From the NCBI GenBank assembly GCA_963795085.1, contig CAWCFX010000002.1:224001-288000 (forward strand): a stretch of 64,000 nt of DNA. The letters are read 5' to 3'. The position numbers were made by a program, and so were the translations under genes. Source of the stretch: an uncultured Gemmatimonadales bacterium. Its GTDB lineage: Bacteria; Gemmatimonadota; Gemmatimonadetes; Gemmatimonadales; GWC2-71-9. The notes beneath the pieces were generated by a model that saw only the letters and a list, made by a program, of their open reading frames with translations, made no database searches and had not been told where the DNA came from. Below are positions 10,537-17,707 of the stretch, one piece after another (the first letter of the stretch is position 1; every line of letters begins with the position of its first letter).

Positions 10537-10710
10537 ATGCCCCTTGCCGCCCTGCTGCAGGGCGGCCCCCCCCCGGGGCCGGACATCTGCTACCTCCTCG
10601 GGTTCTGCCAGACTTCCTCCGGCGTGGCCAGTCCTTCCAACCTCATGTTCCTGGCCTTCGCACTGGTGCTGGCCGGCGTCGTGGTCCGCCGGACGACCCG
10701 CCGCAAGTAA
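10537..10710 (+). CDS. Small (57 aa) single-TM protein with basic C-tail
   Basis: ATG 2 nt after the fabF stop. MPLAALLQGGPPPGPDICYLLGFCQ...LMFLAFALVLAGVVVRRTTRRK. Confidence 0.55.
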   Translation: MPLAALLQGGPPPGPDICYLLGFCQTSSGVASPSNLMFLAFALVLAGVVVRRTTRRK

Positions 10711-10797
10711 TCCCCTACCGGTGCGGTGCCGCCCGGTTCCAGGGCGGTGCGCAGGGAACCATTCCGTTTCAGCTCGGCGAGACTCGTCCTGGGGCGC

Positions 10798-10824
10798 GCA
10801 ACCAATCCGGCGCGCCGCGCGTCT
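10798..10824 (+). promoter_or_regulatory. Putative ECF-sigma promoter
   Basis: GCAACC-N16-CGTCT (AAC/CGT ECF pattern) upstream of a GAGG SD and ATG 10854. Confidence 0.4.
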
Positions 10825-10853
10825 GACTGCCCGAACTTCCACTTCGAGGTCGC

Positions 10854-10955
10854 ATGGTCCGTTGCCGGAGTCCGGCCGTGGGTCTGGTGTTGCTCATGGC
10901 TGCCTGTTCCGCGGGCTCGGTTCGTACCGATCCGGCAGGCGCCTGCGTGCAGTAG
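10854..10955 (+). CDS. Tiny (33 aa) lipoprotein-signal ORF or truncated remnant
   Basis: GAGGT SD. MVRCRSPAVGLVLLMAAC-SAGSVRTDPAGACVQ, with lipobox-like MAAC. Confidence 0.35.
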   Translation: MVRCRSPAVGLVLLMAACSAGSVRTDPAGACVQ

Positions 10956-11028
10956 TCCGGACCAGGCGCGGAATCGGAGAACCGGGCGGTATCGTGCCGC
11001 CGGCCCTCCTGGCGCCGCGCGTGGCCAC

Positions 11029-11952
11029 CTAGTTCCCCAGGTTGCGCCGCAGGTCGCCCAGGTTCAGGAGGGGGGTCCCGCCGTCCGTCGGCACCATGAT
11101 GACGAGGTTGCTGGAGCCCCGCATGTCGTGCAGGACTTCCAGGTACTGCTTCATCAGGGCTTCCGGCGTCAGGGTGAGATTCAGCAGCTTCTGCTGCTCC
11201 GACTGGAGCCGCGCCACTTCCACCCGGTGCCGCTCGGTCTGGATCTGCTGTTCCTGGGCGATCTTGTTGTTGATGGCCTGGACCACCTGGGGCGGCGGCT
11301 GCAGGTCCCTGAGGAAGAACGCGGTCACCTCGGCGATCTTGAACGCCGTGCCGCCGGCCCGGGGTTGGGTGATGAGCGCCGAGTCCACCTGCGCCTGCAT
11401 GGCCTCGGCGATCAGGGCGCGCTGGTTCAGGTTGTTGACCGAGAACTGGCCCATCGCGTCCCGCACACCCTGCCGGATCGCGTTCCGAACGATACTGTGA
11501 ATCTGCTCCTCCCCGCCGATCTCGGTAAAGATATTGGGGGCGTCCTGGGGGTTGATCTGCCACCGCAGGCCGGCGTCGATGGTCATGCCCATCTGCTCGC
11601 TGGAAAGGGCCGCGATCTCCTCGACCTGGTCGCCCGCGGCCGGGTACTGCTCCTCCCGGGTGGAGTAGATCTCCACCTCGGACCAGGGTTCCACCAGCCG
11701 GATCCCGGGGTGCAGCGGGGCCGCGGAGACCTTGCCGAAGGCGTGCTTCACGCCGACCTGGCCGGCGTCGATGATGCGTACCGTGGACCCCACCAGCAGG
11801 AAGGCGGCCAGGATGATGAACCCGGTCGCCACCGCTCGCAGGATCGAAGCAGCGGGCTTGGGGCCGCCCGACCCGCCCTTGAGCCCGGCCACCGCGGTCA
11901 TCATCAGGAACGCAGCCACGAGGAGTACCACGCCCATTACGAGCCTGCCCAT
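11029..11952 (-). CDS. SPFH/prohibitin (band 7) membrane protein
   Basis: Two N-terminal TM helices, IDAGQVGV...FGKV...PGIRLVEPW, LRDLQPPPQVVQAINNK and a coiled-coil tail. Confidence 0.85.
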   Translation of the reverse strand: MGRLVMGVVLLVAAFLMMTAVAGLKGGSGGPKPAASILRAVATGFIILAAFLLVGSTVRIIDAGQVGVKHAFGKVSAAPLHPGIRLVEPWSEVEIYSTREEQYPAAGDQVEEIAALSSEQMGMTIDAGLRWQINPQDAPNIFTEIGGEEQIHSIVRNAIRQGVRDAMGQFSVNNLNQRALIAEAMQAQVDSALITQPRAGGTAFKIAEVTAFFLRDLQPPPQVVQAINNKIAQEQQIQTERHRVEVARLQSEQQKLLNLTLTPEALMKQYLEVLHDMRGSSNLVIMVPTDGGTPLLNLGDLRRNLGN

Positions 11953-12025
11953 GCGCTACCTCAATGTGGAGGGAAGGCTGTAATATACCCCGACCCCATC
12001 CTTCTACCTTCCCCGAGCGGACCCC

Positions 12026-12355
12026 ATGGCACACCTCTCCAAGTCCCTGGTCTTTGCCGGCATCAAGGGCCACGTCGTCGCGCTGGACCGGCTGAGCGGC
12101 GGCGAGATATGGCGCGCCAAGCTCAAGAGCACCGGCTTCGTCAACCTCTCCACCGATGGCCGGGCGCTCTACGCCGCCACGGCGGGAGAGGTTTACTGCC
12201 TGGACCCGGTGACTGGCGCGATTCTCTGGACCAACCCGATGAAAAGGCTGGGACTTGGCCTGGTCAGCCTGCTGGCGGGATCCGGGGACAACGGAATGGT
12301 GCTGGGCGCGGCCGCGGCCGAGGCCCAGGCGCGGCAGGCGGCAGCGGCCGGCTAG
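12026..12355 (+). CDS. Small PQQ-like beta-propeller repeat protein
   Basis: Two repeats, VVALDRLSGGEIW and VYCLDPVTGAILW. Confidence 0.7.
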   Translation: MAHLSKSLVFAGIKGHVVALDRLSGGEIWRAKLKSTGFVNLSTDGRALYAATAGEVYCLDPVTGAILWTNPMKRLGLGLVSLLAGSGDNGMVLGAAAAEAQARQAAAAG

Positions 12356-13530
12356 TTGACGACGAAGATGCCGGCGCGGCCACCGAGGCCGTCATCGGCG
12401 CCGGGCAGGCCAGGAGGTACGATCCAGGGACCACCATTGATGCGGATGTTCAGGTGATGGAGGCCGGGGTCGATCCAGGCGCGGTACCGCCAGGTCGCGT
12501 CGCCATTCGGCACCAGGGGCACCGGCGCCCATGCCGTGAAATCGCCCATCAGTTCGACCGTCGCGGCCAGCGGGACCCGCAGCAGAAGGAGCGTGGTGCC
12601 GGATTCGCCTTCCGTGACGACGAAGGATGACTCGCCCGCCGAGGGCCGCCGGGGCGCCACCTCGGGGGCGGGGCCGGTCGCTCCCAGCCCCAGCCGGAGC
12701 GAGAGGGTGGTAAACGCGCCGCTCGGCAGGCCCGACACGAGATCCACCGGGAACTGCCCGCTGCTGGCCACCAGGGCCAGGCGGGGATGGATCTGGTATT
12801 GTCCCTGCAGGTACCACGAGGTCACCCGGAGGACGCGTCCGATTCGCCGGCCGGCGCCGCCTTCCAGCGCCAGTTTCCCGCGAGACCAGCCGACCGTTGC
12901 CTCCAGATCCGTGTAGTGATCGGGCAGGGTGCGCCGGCTGGGGCCGCCAACGCCGAGGGAATCGCGGGGTGAACTGATGCCGGTTTCCGTTCCCGGGGCA
13001 ACCAGGCCGGTGCGCTTGAGCCAGAGTCCCAGGTCCAACTGGCCAATCCGGTTCCAGCCTCCCATCTCGAGCCGCGAAAGCGGCTGGGTTCCCTCCCGGG
13101 AAAACGTCCGGCCGGTCCCGGCCTCCAGCGCGAACCCCCGGGCGGCGGACCCGGCCTCCAGGCGCGCGAGACCCAGCAAGCCGCCGGCTCCCTGGCTCCA
13201 CCTGGTGCGGCTCCAGGCGCCCTCGAATCCAGCCCGGACCTGGACCCACCCAAACCGGTAACCGGTTTGCCCGTGAGCTCGGCCGGTACTCTGCCAGCCC
13301 CGGTCACTGTGGCCCGCGTAGTCGCCTACGGCGGCCAGACGAAACCAGTCCCCGGAAAAGTGGACGGACGGCGCCAGACGGAGTGCCCCCCACGGGGCCT
13401 CGGCCCCCATCCGCACCGACCCGGAACCGGCATCGATATGGCCCCCGAGCTGGGCCTGCGCGGGCTCGCCGAAGGCCAGCGCCCCGACCATGACCATCCC
13501 CAGGGCAGCCGGACAGGGCCGGGCCGTCAT
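12352..13530 (-). CDS. Secreted/outer-membrane beta-rich protein with C-terminal CBM48/AMPK-type glycogen-binding domain
   Basis: Signal peptide AQA-Q. Alternating aromatic/Gly strands, Pro linker, then VELMGDFTAW...W...PGLHHLNIRINGGPW. Confidence 0.7.
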   Translation of the reverse strand: MTARPCPAALGMVMVGALAFGEPAQAQLGGHIDAGSGSVRMGAEAPWGALRLAPSVHFSGDWFRLAAVGDYAGHSDRGWQSTGRAHGQTGYRFGWVQVRAGFEGAWSRTRWSQGAGGLLGLARLEAGSAARGFALEAGTGRTFSREGTQPLSRLEMGGWNRIGQLDLGLWLKRTGLVAPGTETGISSPRDSLGVGGPSRRTLPDHYTDLEATVGWSRGKLALEGGAGRRIGRVLRVTSWYLQGQYQIHPRLALVASSGQFPVDLVSGLPSGAFTTLSLRLGLGATGPAPEVAPRRPSAGESSFVVTEGESGTTLLLLRVPLAATVELMGDFTAWAPVPLVPNGDATWRYRAWIDPGLHHLNIRINGGPWIVPPGLPGADDGLGGRAGIFVVN

Positions 13531-13895
13531 GGGGTGGCACCGATGGTCAGTGTCACGGTCGGAAAGCGATCGAGCCGGGTCGGCTCAACTATCCGGCTCT
13601 CCACGAACCGGGCCACCGCGTCGCTACCCACGGCATACACGAAAAGGAGGATGCCGTCCCCTGGCCGCTGTCCCGGAACCGTGTCGATTCCCAGCGTTCC
13701 GCCCGCTTCGACACGTCGGTTCTCGGGGATCACGCCGAGTTGGGGCGCCGGATCCACGACTGGTCCCGATACTGCCGGGAGCGCCAGGACGACCAGGGTA
13801 CTGGGCGACCGGTTGAGCACTGTCAGGATGTCGCTGGGCCCGGTGGACGTGCAGGCGGCGAGCAACGAGAGCAACAGCAGCGGTAAGCGAGTCAT
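13527..13895 (-). CDS. Hypothetical lipoprotein
   Basis: MTRLPLLLLSLLAAC lipobox. ATGA overlaps on both sides. Confidence 0.7.
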   Translation of the reverse strand: MTRLPLLLLSLLAACTSTGPSDILTVLNRSPSTLVVLALPAVSGPVVDPAPQLGVIPENRRVEAGGTLGIDTVPGQRPGDGILLFVYAVGSDAVARFVESRIVEPTRLDRFPTVTLTIGATP

Positions 13896-14416
13896 GGCCG
13901 GGACCTTTCCATCTGGCGCTGCTTGAGCCGGAGGAACTCGGCATCAGGCGCCTGGCTCCTGGCCAGGTCAAGGATGGACGCGGTGGCGGCTTCCGCCCGG
14001 AGTCCCAGGCCGACGAGGTCCGCCAGAACGGCAAGGGGGACGTCGAGGTTCCCCGTTCGTGCACGGCGCAGGCTGGTCAGCGCCGCGGGGTCGGCGCCCG
14101 CGCCCAGGGCGGCGGCGCCGGCCACCAGCTCGGCCGGGCGGGACGCGGCGCCCAGCGCGTCGCGGGCGGTGCCCAGCCGTGCCCCCAGGGCCCGGACTGC
14201 CGCCACGATGCGCTCCCCCGAGGCGCCCTTGCTGGAACCTTCGAGGGCCTTGAGCACCAGCGGCTCGACCGGGAGACCCGCCAGCCGGCTGGAATCGATC
14301 ACCCCGGTGACCGTCTCCAGGGTCACCGGGTCCAGGCGACCTTCGAGGCGAGCGTCCTGGGCGGCCGCCGGGGCGGCGGCGAACGAGGCGCAGAGCAGGA
14401 CTGCGAGAGTCTTCAT
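13892..14416 (-). CDS. Hypothetical secreted alpha-helical protein
   Basis: Signal peptide ending AAA-Q. GLPVEPLVLKALEG motif. ATGA overlaps. Confidence 0.7.
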   Translation of the reverse strand: MKTLAVLLCASFAAAPAAAQDARLEGRLDPVTLETVTGVIDSSRLAGLPVEPLVLKALEGSSKGASGERIVAAVRALGARLGTARDALGAASRPAELVAGAAALGAGADPAALTSLRRARTGNLDVPLAVLADLVGLGLRAEAATASILDLARSQAPDAEFLRLKQRQMERSRP

Positions 14417-14907
14417 GAGCGCGCCGGAGGAATGGTGATCACCGAAGTCGGCTGGTCGAAATCCTCACCGATCGCATGGGGGAGGGCCGGATCGGCCACC
14501 CAGCGGGTGCCATCGACTACGAAGGTGAACTGATACCGGCCCGGCGGCAATGGGAGGATGGCTTCCCATCGCCCGGTGGCCGTCGTGCGGCGGAGGGGGG
14601 TTGCCAGCGGGTCCCAGTTGTTGAAATCGCCAACTACGCTTACCCGGCTGGCCTCCGGTGCCTCGAGGGCAAACGGCACACCGCCCGGGGGGCGGCCGGG
14701 GGTCCGAACCAGGAGCAGGGCCAGGGCGGCCATGCCGGCGGCCAGGGCTCCTCCCGCCCAGACCCAGGTCCGCGGGCGGGACTGCGACCCGGGCCGGGCG
14801 ATTGCCGTCATGACCCGGTCCCGCAGGGCCGGGTCGAGGGGCACCGGCTCACGCAGGTTCCGGGCGATGGCCTGGATCAGCTGATCCTCGTGTTCATCAC
14901 CGGTCAT
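14413..14907 (-). CDS. Putative anti-sigma factor: single TM plus CBM48/isoamylase early-set domain
   Basis: Short N-terminal helix, TM WVWAGGALAAGMAALALLLV, then APEASRVSVVGDFNNWD...PPGRYQFTFVVDGTRWVADP. Overlaps the sigma stop codon. Confidence 0.8.
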   Translation of the reverse strand: MTGDEHEDQLIQAIARNLREPVPLDPALRDRVMTAIARPGSQSRPRTWVWAGGALAAGMAALALLLVRTPGRPPGGVPFALEAPEASRVSVVGDFNNWDPLATPLRRTTATGRWEAILPLPPGRYQFTFVVDGTRWVADPALPHAIGEDFDQPTSVITIPPARS

Positions 14908-15466
14908 GATACACCTCGCCGAGCTGGGCGCGCAGCCGTTCACAGGCACGCTTGACCCGCATCTTGAGGGCGGGAATGCTGGCGCCCAGGATGGGTGCCA
15001 TCTCTTCGTAACTCATCTCATCGACGTACTTGAGGAGAAAGGCCTCGCGCTGCTCCGGCACGAGGTGGGCCAGCGCACGCTGAATTTCTTCCCGCCAGGC
15101 GGCATCGTCCACTGGCGACCCCCGGGCGGCCAGGTGGGCTTCCCTGTCCACGTCCACGGACTGACCGCGCCGCTTCCGGATGCCGTGGGCCGTGCGGCAG
15201 CGATTGACGAGGATCCGGAAGAGCCAGGCCCCGAATCGTTCGGGCTCCGCGCACTGGCCAAGGAAGCGATACCCCCGGATGAAGGTGTCCTGGAGGGCAT
15301 CCTCGGCCTCCTGCCAGTCTCCCAGCAGGTGCGCCGCATACCGGCCAAACCGGTCGCGGTAGCGGTCCATCAGTGCGCCGTACGCCGTTAGGTCTCCGGC
15401 CCGTACCCGGCCCACGAGGGCGGCATCGCCGTCAATCACAGGAGGGAGACTCGGGGAAATCGTCAC
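14897..15466 (-). CDS. ECF RNA polymerase sigma factor
   Basis: DAALV...GDLTAYGALMDRY, AEDALQDTF, FGAWLFRILVNRC, QREAFLLKYVDEMSYEEMA. Confidence 0.92.
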   Translation of the reverse strand: MTISPSLPPVIDGDAALVGRVRAGDLTAYGALMDRYRDRFGRYAAHLLGDWQEAEDALQDTFIRGYRFLGQCAEPERFGAWLFRILVNRCRTAHGIRKRRGQSVDVDREAHLAARGSPVDDAAWREEIQRALAHLVPEQREAFLLKYVDEMSYEEMAPILGASIPALKMRVKRACERLRAQLGEVYHDR

Positions 15467-15506
15467 GGGTCACATGGCGGCGCTCAGGGGGATCGGGTGG
15501 CGGCGG

Positions 15507-15533
15507 TGACGTGAGGCGGGCCGCCGGGGTCAT
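15507..15533 (-). promoter_or_regulatory. Candidate autoregulatory ECF promoter
   Basis: Minus-strand ATGACC-N16-CGTCA about 40 nt upstream of the sigma GTG. Confidence 0.3.
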
Positions 15534-15573
15534 TACCGCAGAGGTCCTGCAACGGTTTCAGCGAAGGAGACGC

Positions 15574-16011
15574 ATGGGTGCAGCACGGCTACACCGGGTG
15601 GCGGCCATCGCGGTGGTCCTGGCCGCCACCGCCTGCGGGGCGCCCACCTCCCCAGGGGGGCCGACAGCGGCGGGCGGCCTGATTACCCTCCGCACCGACA
15701 CGACCGAGTACCGGGACGGCGGGCTGGTGGGGCTGGCGATCCGGAATAACGGGGGTGAGGGCCTGTCCTACAACGCCTGCCTCCGGACCCTGGAGAGGTG
15801 GGTTGATACCATGTGGGTGGCGATGCCGCCATCGCTCCGGCTCTGTACCCGGGAGGTGAACCGGGTGCTCCCGGGGGCCGCCCGGACCGACTCCACGGCG
15901 CTCGACCCGGGCCTGGACCTCGGGGAGTACCGCCTGCTGCTGGTGTTGACGCCGGAGCTTCGGGATATCGCCCTGATCGCGACCAGCAATTCCTTTTTCA
16001 TCATTCCCTGA
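15574..16011 (+). CDS. Hypothetical lipoprotein with Ig-like domain
   Basis: AAGGAG SD, lipobox ATAC, beta-rich body with a Cys pair. Confidence 0.7.
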   Translation: MGAARLHRVAAIAVVLAATACGAPTSPGGPTAAGGLITLRTDTTEYRDGGLVGLAIRNNGGEGLSYNACLRTLERWVDTMWVAMPPSLRLCTREVNRVLPGAARTDSTALDPGLDLGEYRLLLVLTPELRDIALIATSNSFFIIP

Positions 16012-16032
16012 CGCAAGGATGAGGAAATCCTC

Positions 16033-17070
16033 ATGAGATACCGCCTGATTGCCACGACACTGCTGGCCGCTCTGTGGGTGGGAGCGTGCGACAACAAGAT
16101 CGCCGACCCGCTTCCTGGCGAGACCGCCATGATCCGCCTGGTCCACGGGGCTGCATCGCCGGGCGCACTCGACTTGCGGGTGGATGGCGCCGCGGTCCTG
16201 GCCAGCGTGGCCGCGACCCAGATCTCGAGCTACGCGGAGGTGGCCGCGGGGACCCGGACAGTCAGCGTAACCCTGGCGGGCTCCAGCCAGGTCCTGTTGA
16301 CGCGGCAGATATCTCTGGCTGCGGACGGCGAGTACACCGTCCTGGTGTCCGGCACACCAGGGTCGCCCGAGTGGATGATTGCCTCGGACACGGCATTCAT
16401 CCCGCTGGCGGGAAAGGCAAAGATCCGGGTCCTGCACGCCGCCCGCCAGGCGCCTCCCCTGGACGTGTACCTGACGACCCCGGGGGCCGACCTGGCGACC
16501 TCGTTCAAGCTGGTCGAGCCGTTTGCGTTCAACGTGAATGACACCGCGTACTTCCCCGGGTTTGCGGAGCGCGATCCGGGCGACTGGCAGATGCGGTTCA
16601 CAGCGGATGGAACGACCGACGTGGTCCTCGACACCGGCCCCTTTGCGGCGGGGGCGGGAAAGGTGATCACCGTGATCCTGTCCCACGATGGCGGGAATGC
16701 CCTGGTGGCCCGGATCGTGGATGAAACTCCCGGTACAACGCCCCAGCGAGTGGCCATCCGGGTGAACCACGCGGCACCGGCGGTGCCCAATGTCGCGCTT
16801 CACCTCACGGACCCGGGGGCGGACCTGAACCTCCCTCATCTCACGATTTCGCCGTTCAACTATGGGGTGGACAGCAGTACCGTGACGTTCATGCTGCCGC
16901 CGAACAACCAGAACAGCCTGGACTTCGAGGTGCGCTTCACCGAGATCGGCACCCTGAACCTGCTCGCTTCCTCGGGGGCGGTCTCGGCGCCGGTGAATGC
17001 GAGCAAGCTGGTCACCCTGCGGCCGGCCCAGGGCGGCGGCCTGGAGGTGGTCGTGACGGACGCGCCCTGA
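16033..17070 (+). CDS. DUF4397-domain lipoprotein
   Basis: Lipobox VGAC. Three repeats: IRLVHGAASPGALDL, IRVLHAARQAPPLDVYL, IRVNHAAPAVPNV. Confidence 0.8.
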   Translation: MRYRLIATTLLAALWVGACDNKIADPLPGETAMIRLVHGAASPGALDLRVDGAAVLASVAATQISSYAEVAAGTRTVSVTLAGSSQVLLTRQISLAADGEYTVLVSGTPGSPEWMIASDTAFIPLAGKAKIRVLHAARQAPPLDVYLTTPGADLATSFKLVEPFAFNVNDTAYFPGFAERDPGDWQMRFTADGTTDVVLDTGPFAAGAGKVITVILSHDGGNALVARIVDETPGTTPQRVAIRVNHAAPAVPNVALHLTDPGADLNLPHLTISPFNYGVDSSTVTFMLPPNNQNSLDFEVRFTEIGTLNLLASSGAVSAPVNASKLVTLRPAQGGGLEVVVTDAP

Positions 17071-17114
17071 GCATTCATCTGGCCGGGAGGCGCGGTTATA
17101 TTACGCCCGCGTTT

Positions 17115-17202
17115 GGACGGGTGGCCGAGTGGCTTAAGGCGCACGCCTGGAAAGCGTGTGGGGGTCTCAAGCCCCTCGCGGGTTCGAATCCCGCCCTGTC
17201 CG
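17115..17202 (+). tRNA. tRNA-Ser(GGA), long variable arm, CCA not encoded
   Basis: Acceptor stem GGACGGG/CCTGTCC, D-arm TGGCCGAGTGG, anticodon loop CTGGAAA, T-loop GGTTCGAATCC, discriminator G. A -10-like TATATT lies at 17097-17102. Confidence 0.95.
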
Positions 17203-17229
17203 TCGGGTCCTGCCTCCGCGGGTGAATCC

Positions 17230-17257
17230 TTGTTCCGCCCGGTATCGTACCTAGATT
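17230..17257 (+). promoter_or_regulatory. Putative sigma70 promoter of the copper operon (leaderless start)
   Basis: TTGTTC-N16-TAGATT, ending 6 nt before ATG 17264. No SD. Confidence 0.45.
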
Positions 17258-17263
17258 CCTGTC

Positions 17264-17614
17264 ATGTCCTCCCGGTCCCTTCGATCCCGGATCGCAGCCC
17301 TGGTGCTGCTGCTCGCCTCCCCCGGCCTGGCCGGGGTGGCGCTTGCCGCGGCCCATCCATGTCCGGACCAGGCACCCTGGACCGTCGAGCCGGGCGATCA
17401 TCACCACGCCCCGGCTCCGGCGGAGCAGCATGATTGCCATTGCATCGGCAGTTGCCAGACCGCCGTCCCGGCCCCGATTCCTGCTACGGGGGACGTGCTC
17501 ACCCCGGTCGAACCCGTCGAAGCGGTCGTCCCCCGCTTTGAGGCCGGGAGCCGCATCCATCCGGTCCAGCCTCGCCACCGCCTTCCTCCCGCTACCGCAC
17601 CTCCCCAGCTCTAA
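17264..17614 (+). CDS. Secreted Cys/His-rich leader protein with Pro-rich C-terminus (CruR/CutF/DUF2946-like uORF)
   Basis: Signal peptide, HPC, HHH, HDCHCIGSC and C-terminal RHRLPPATAPPQL. Directly upstream of a TonB-dependent receptor. Confidence 0.75.
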   Translation: MSSRSLRSRIAALVLLLASPGLAGVALAAAHPCPDQAPWTVEPGDHHHAPAPAEQHDCHCIGSCQTAVPAPIPATGDVLTPVEPVEAVVPRFEAGSRIHPVQPRHRLPPATAPPQL

Positions 17615-17703
17615 CGGCAGCGCGGTTCGCCGCGCCTGATGTGCCCCGCCACCGGCGGGGCGCATCGACATGACCATTGCCTTGGAGCCTTCATCTTGGG
17701 GAG
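17601..17703 (+). promoter_or_regulatory. Predicted SD-sequestering RNA structure
   Basis: CTCCCCA (17601-17607) is the exact reverse complement of TGGGGAG (17697-17703, the receptor SD). Two hairpins are nested between them: GCGCGG-TTCG-CCGCGC (17620-17635) and a 13-bp stem at 17638-17666. Confidence 0.6.
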
Positions 17704-17707
17704 CATC

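Noticed and set aside
17639..17707. N-terminal extension of the TonB receptor (MCPATGGAHRHDHC...)
   Set aside because: The SD and signal peptide support ATG 17708. The upstream ATG lies inside a hairpin with no SD.
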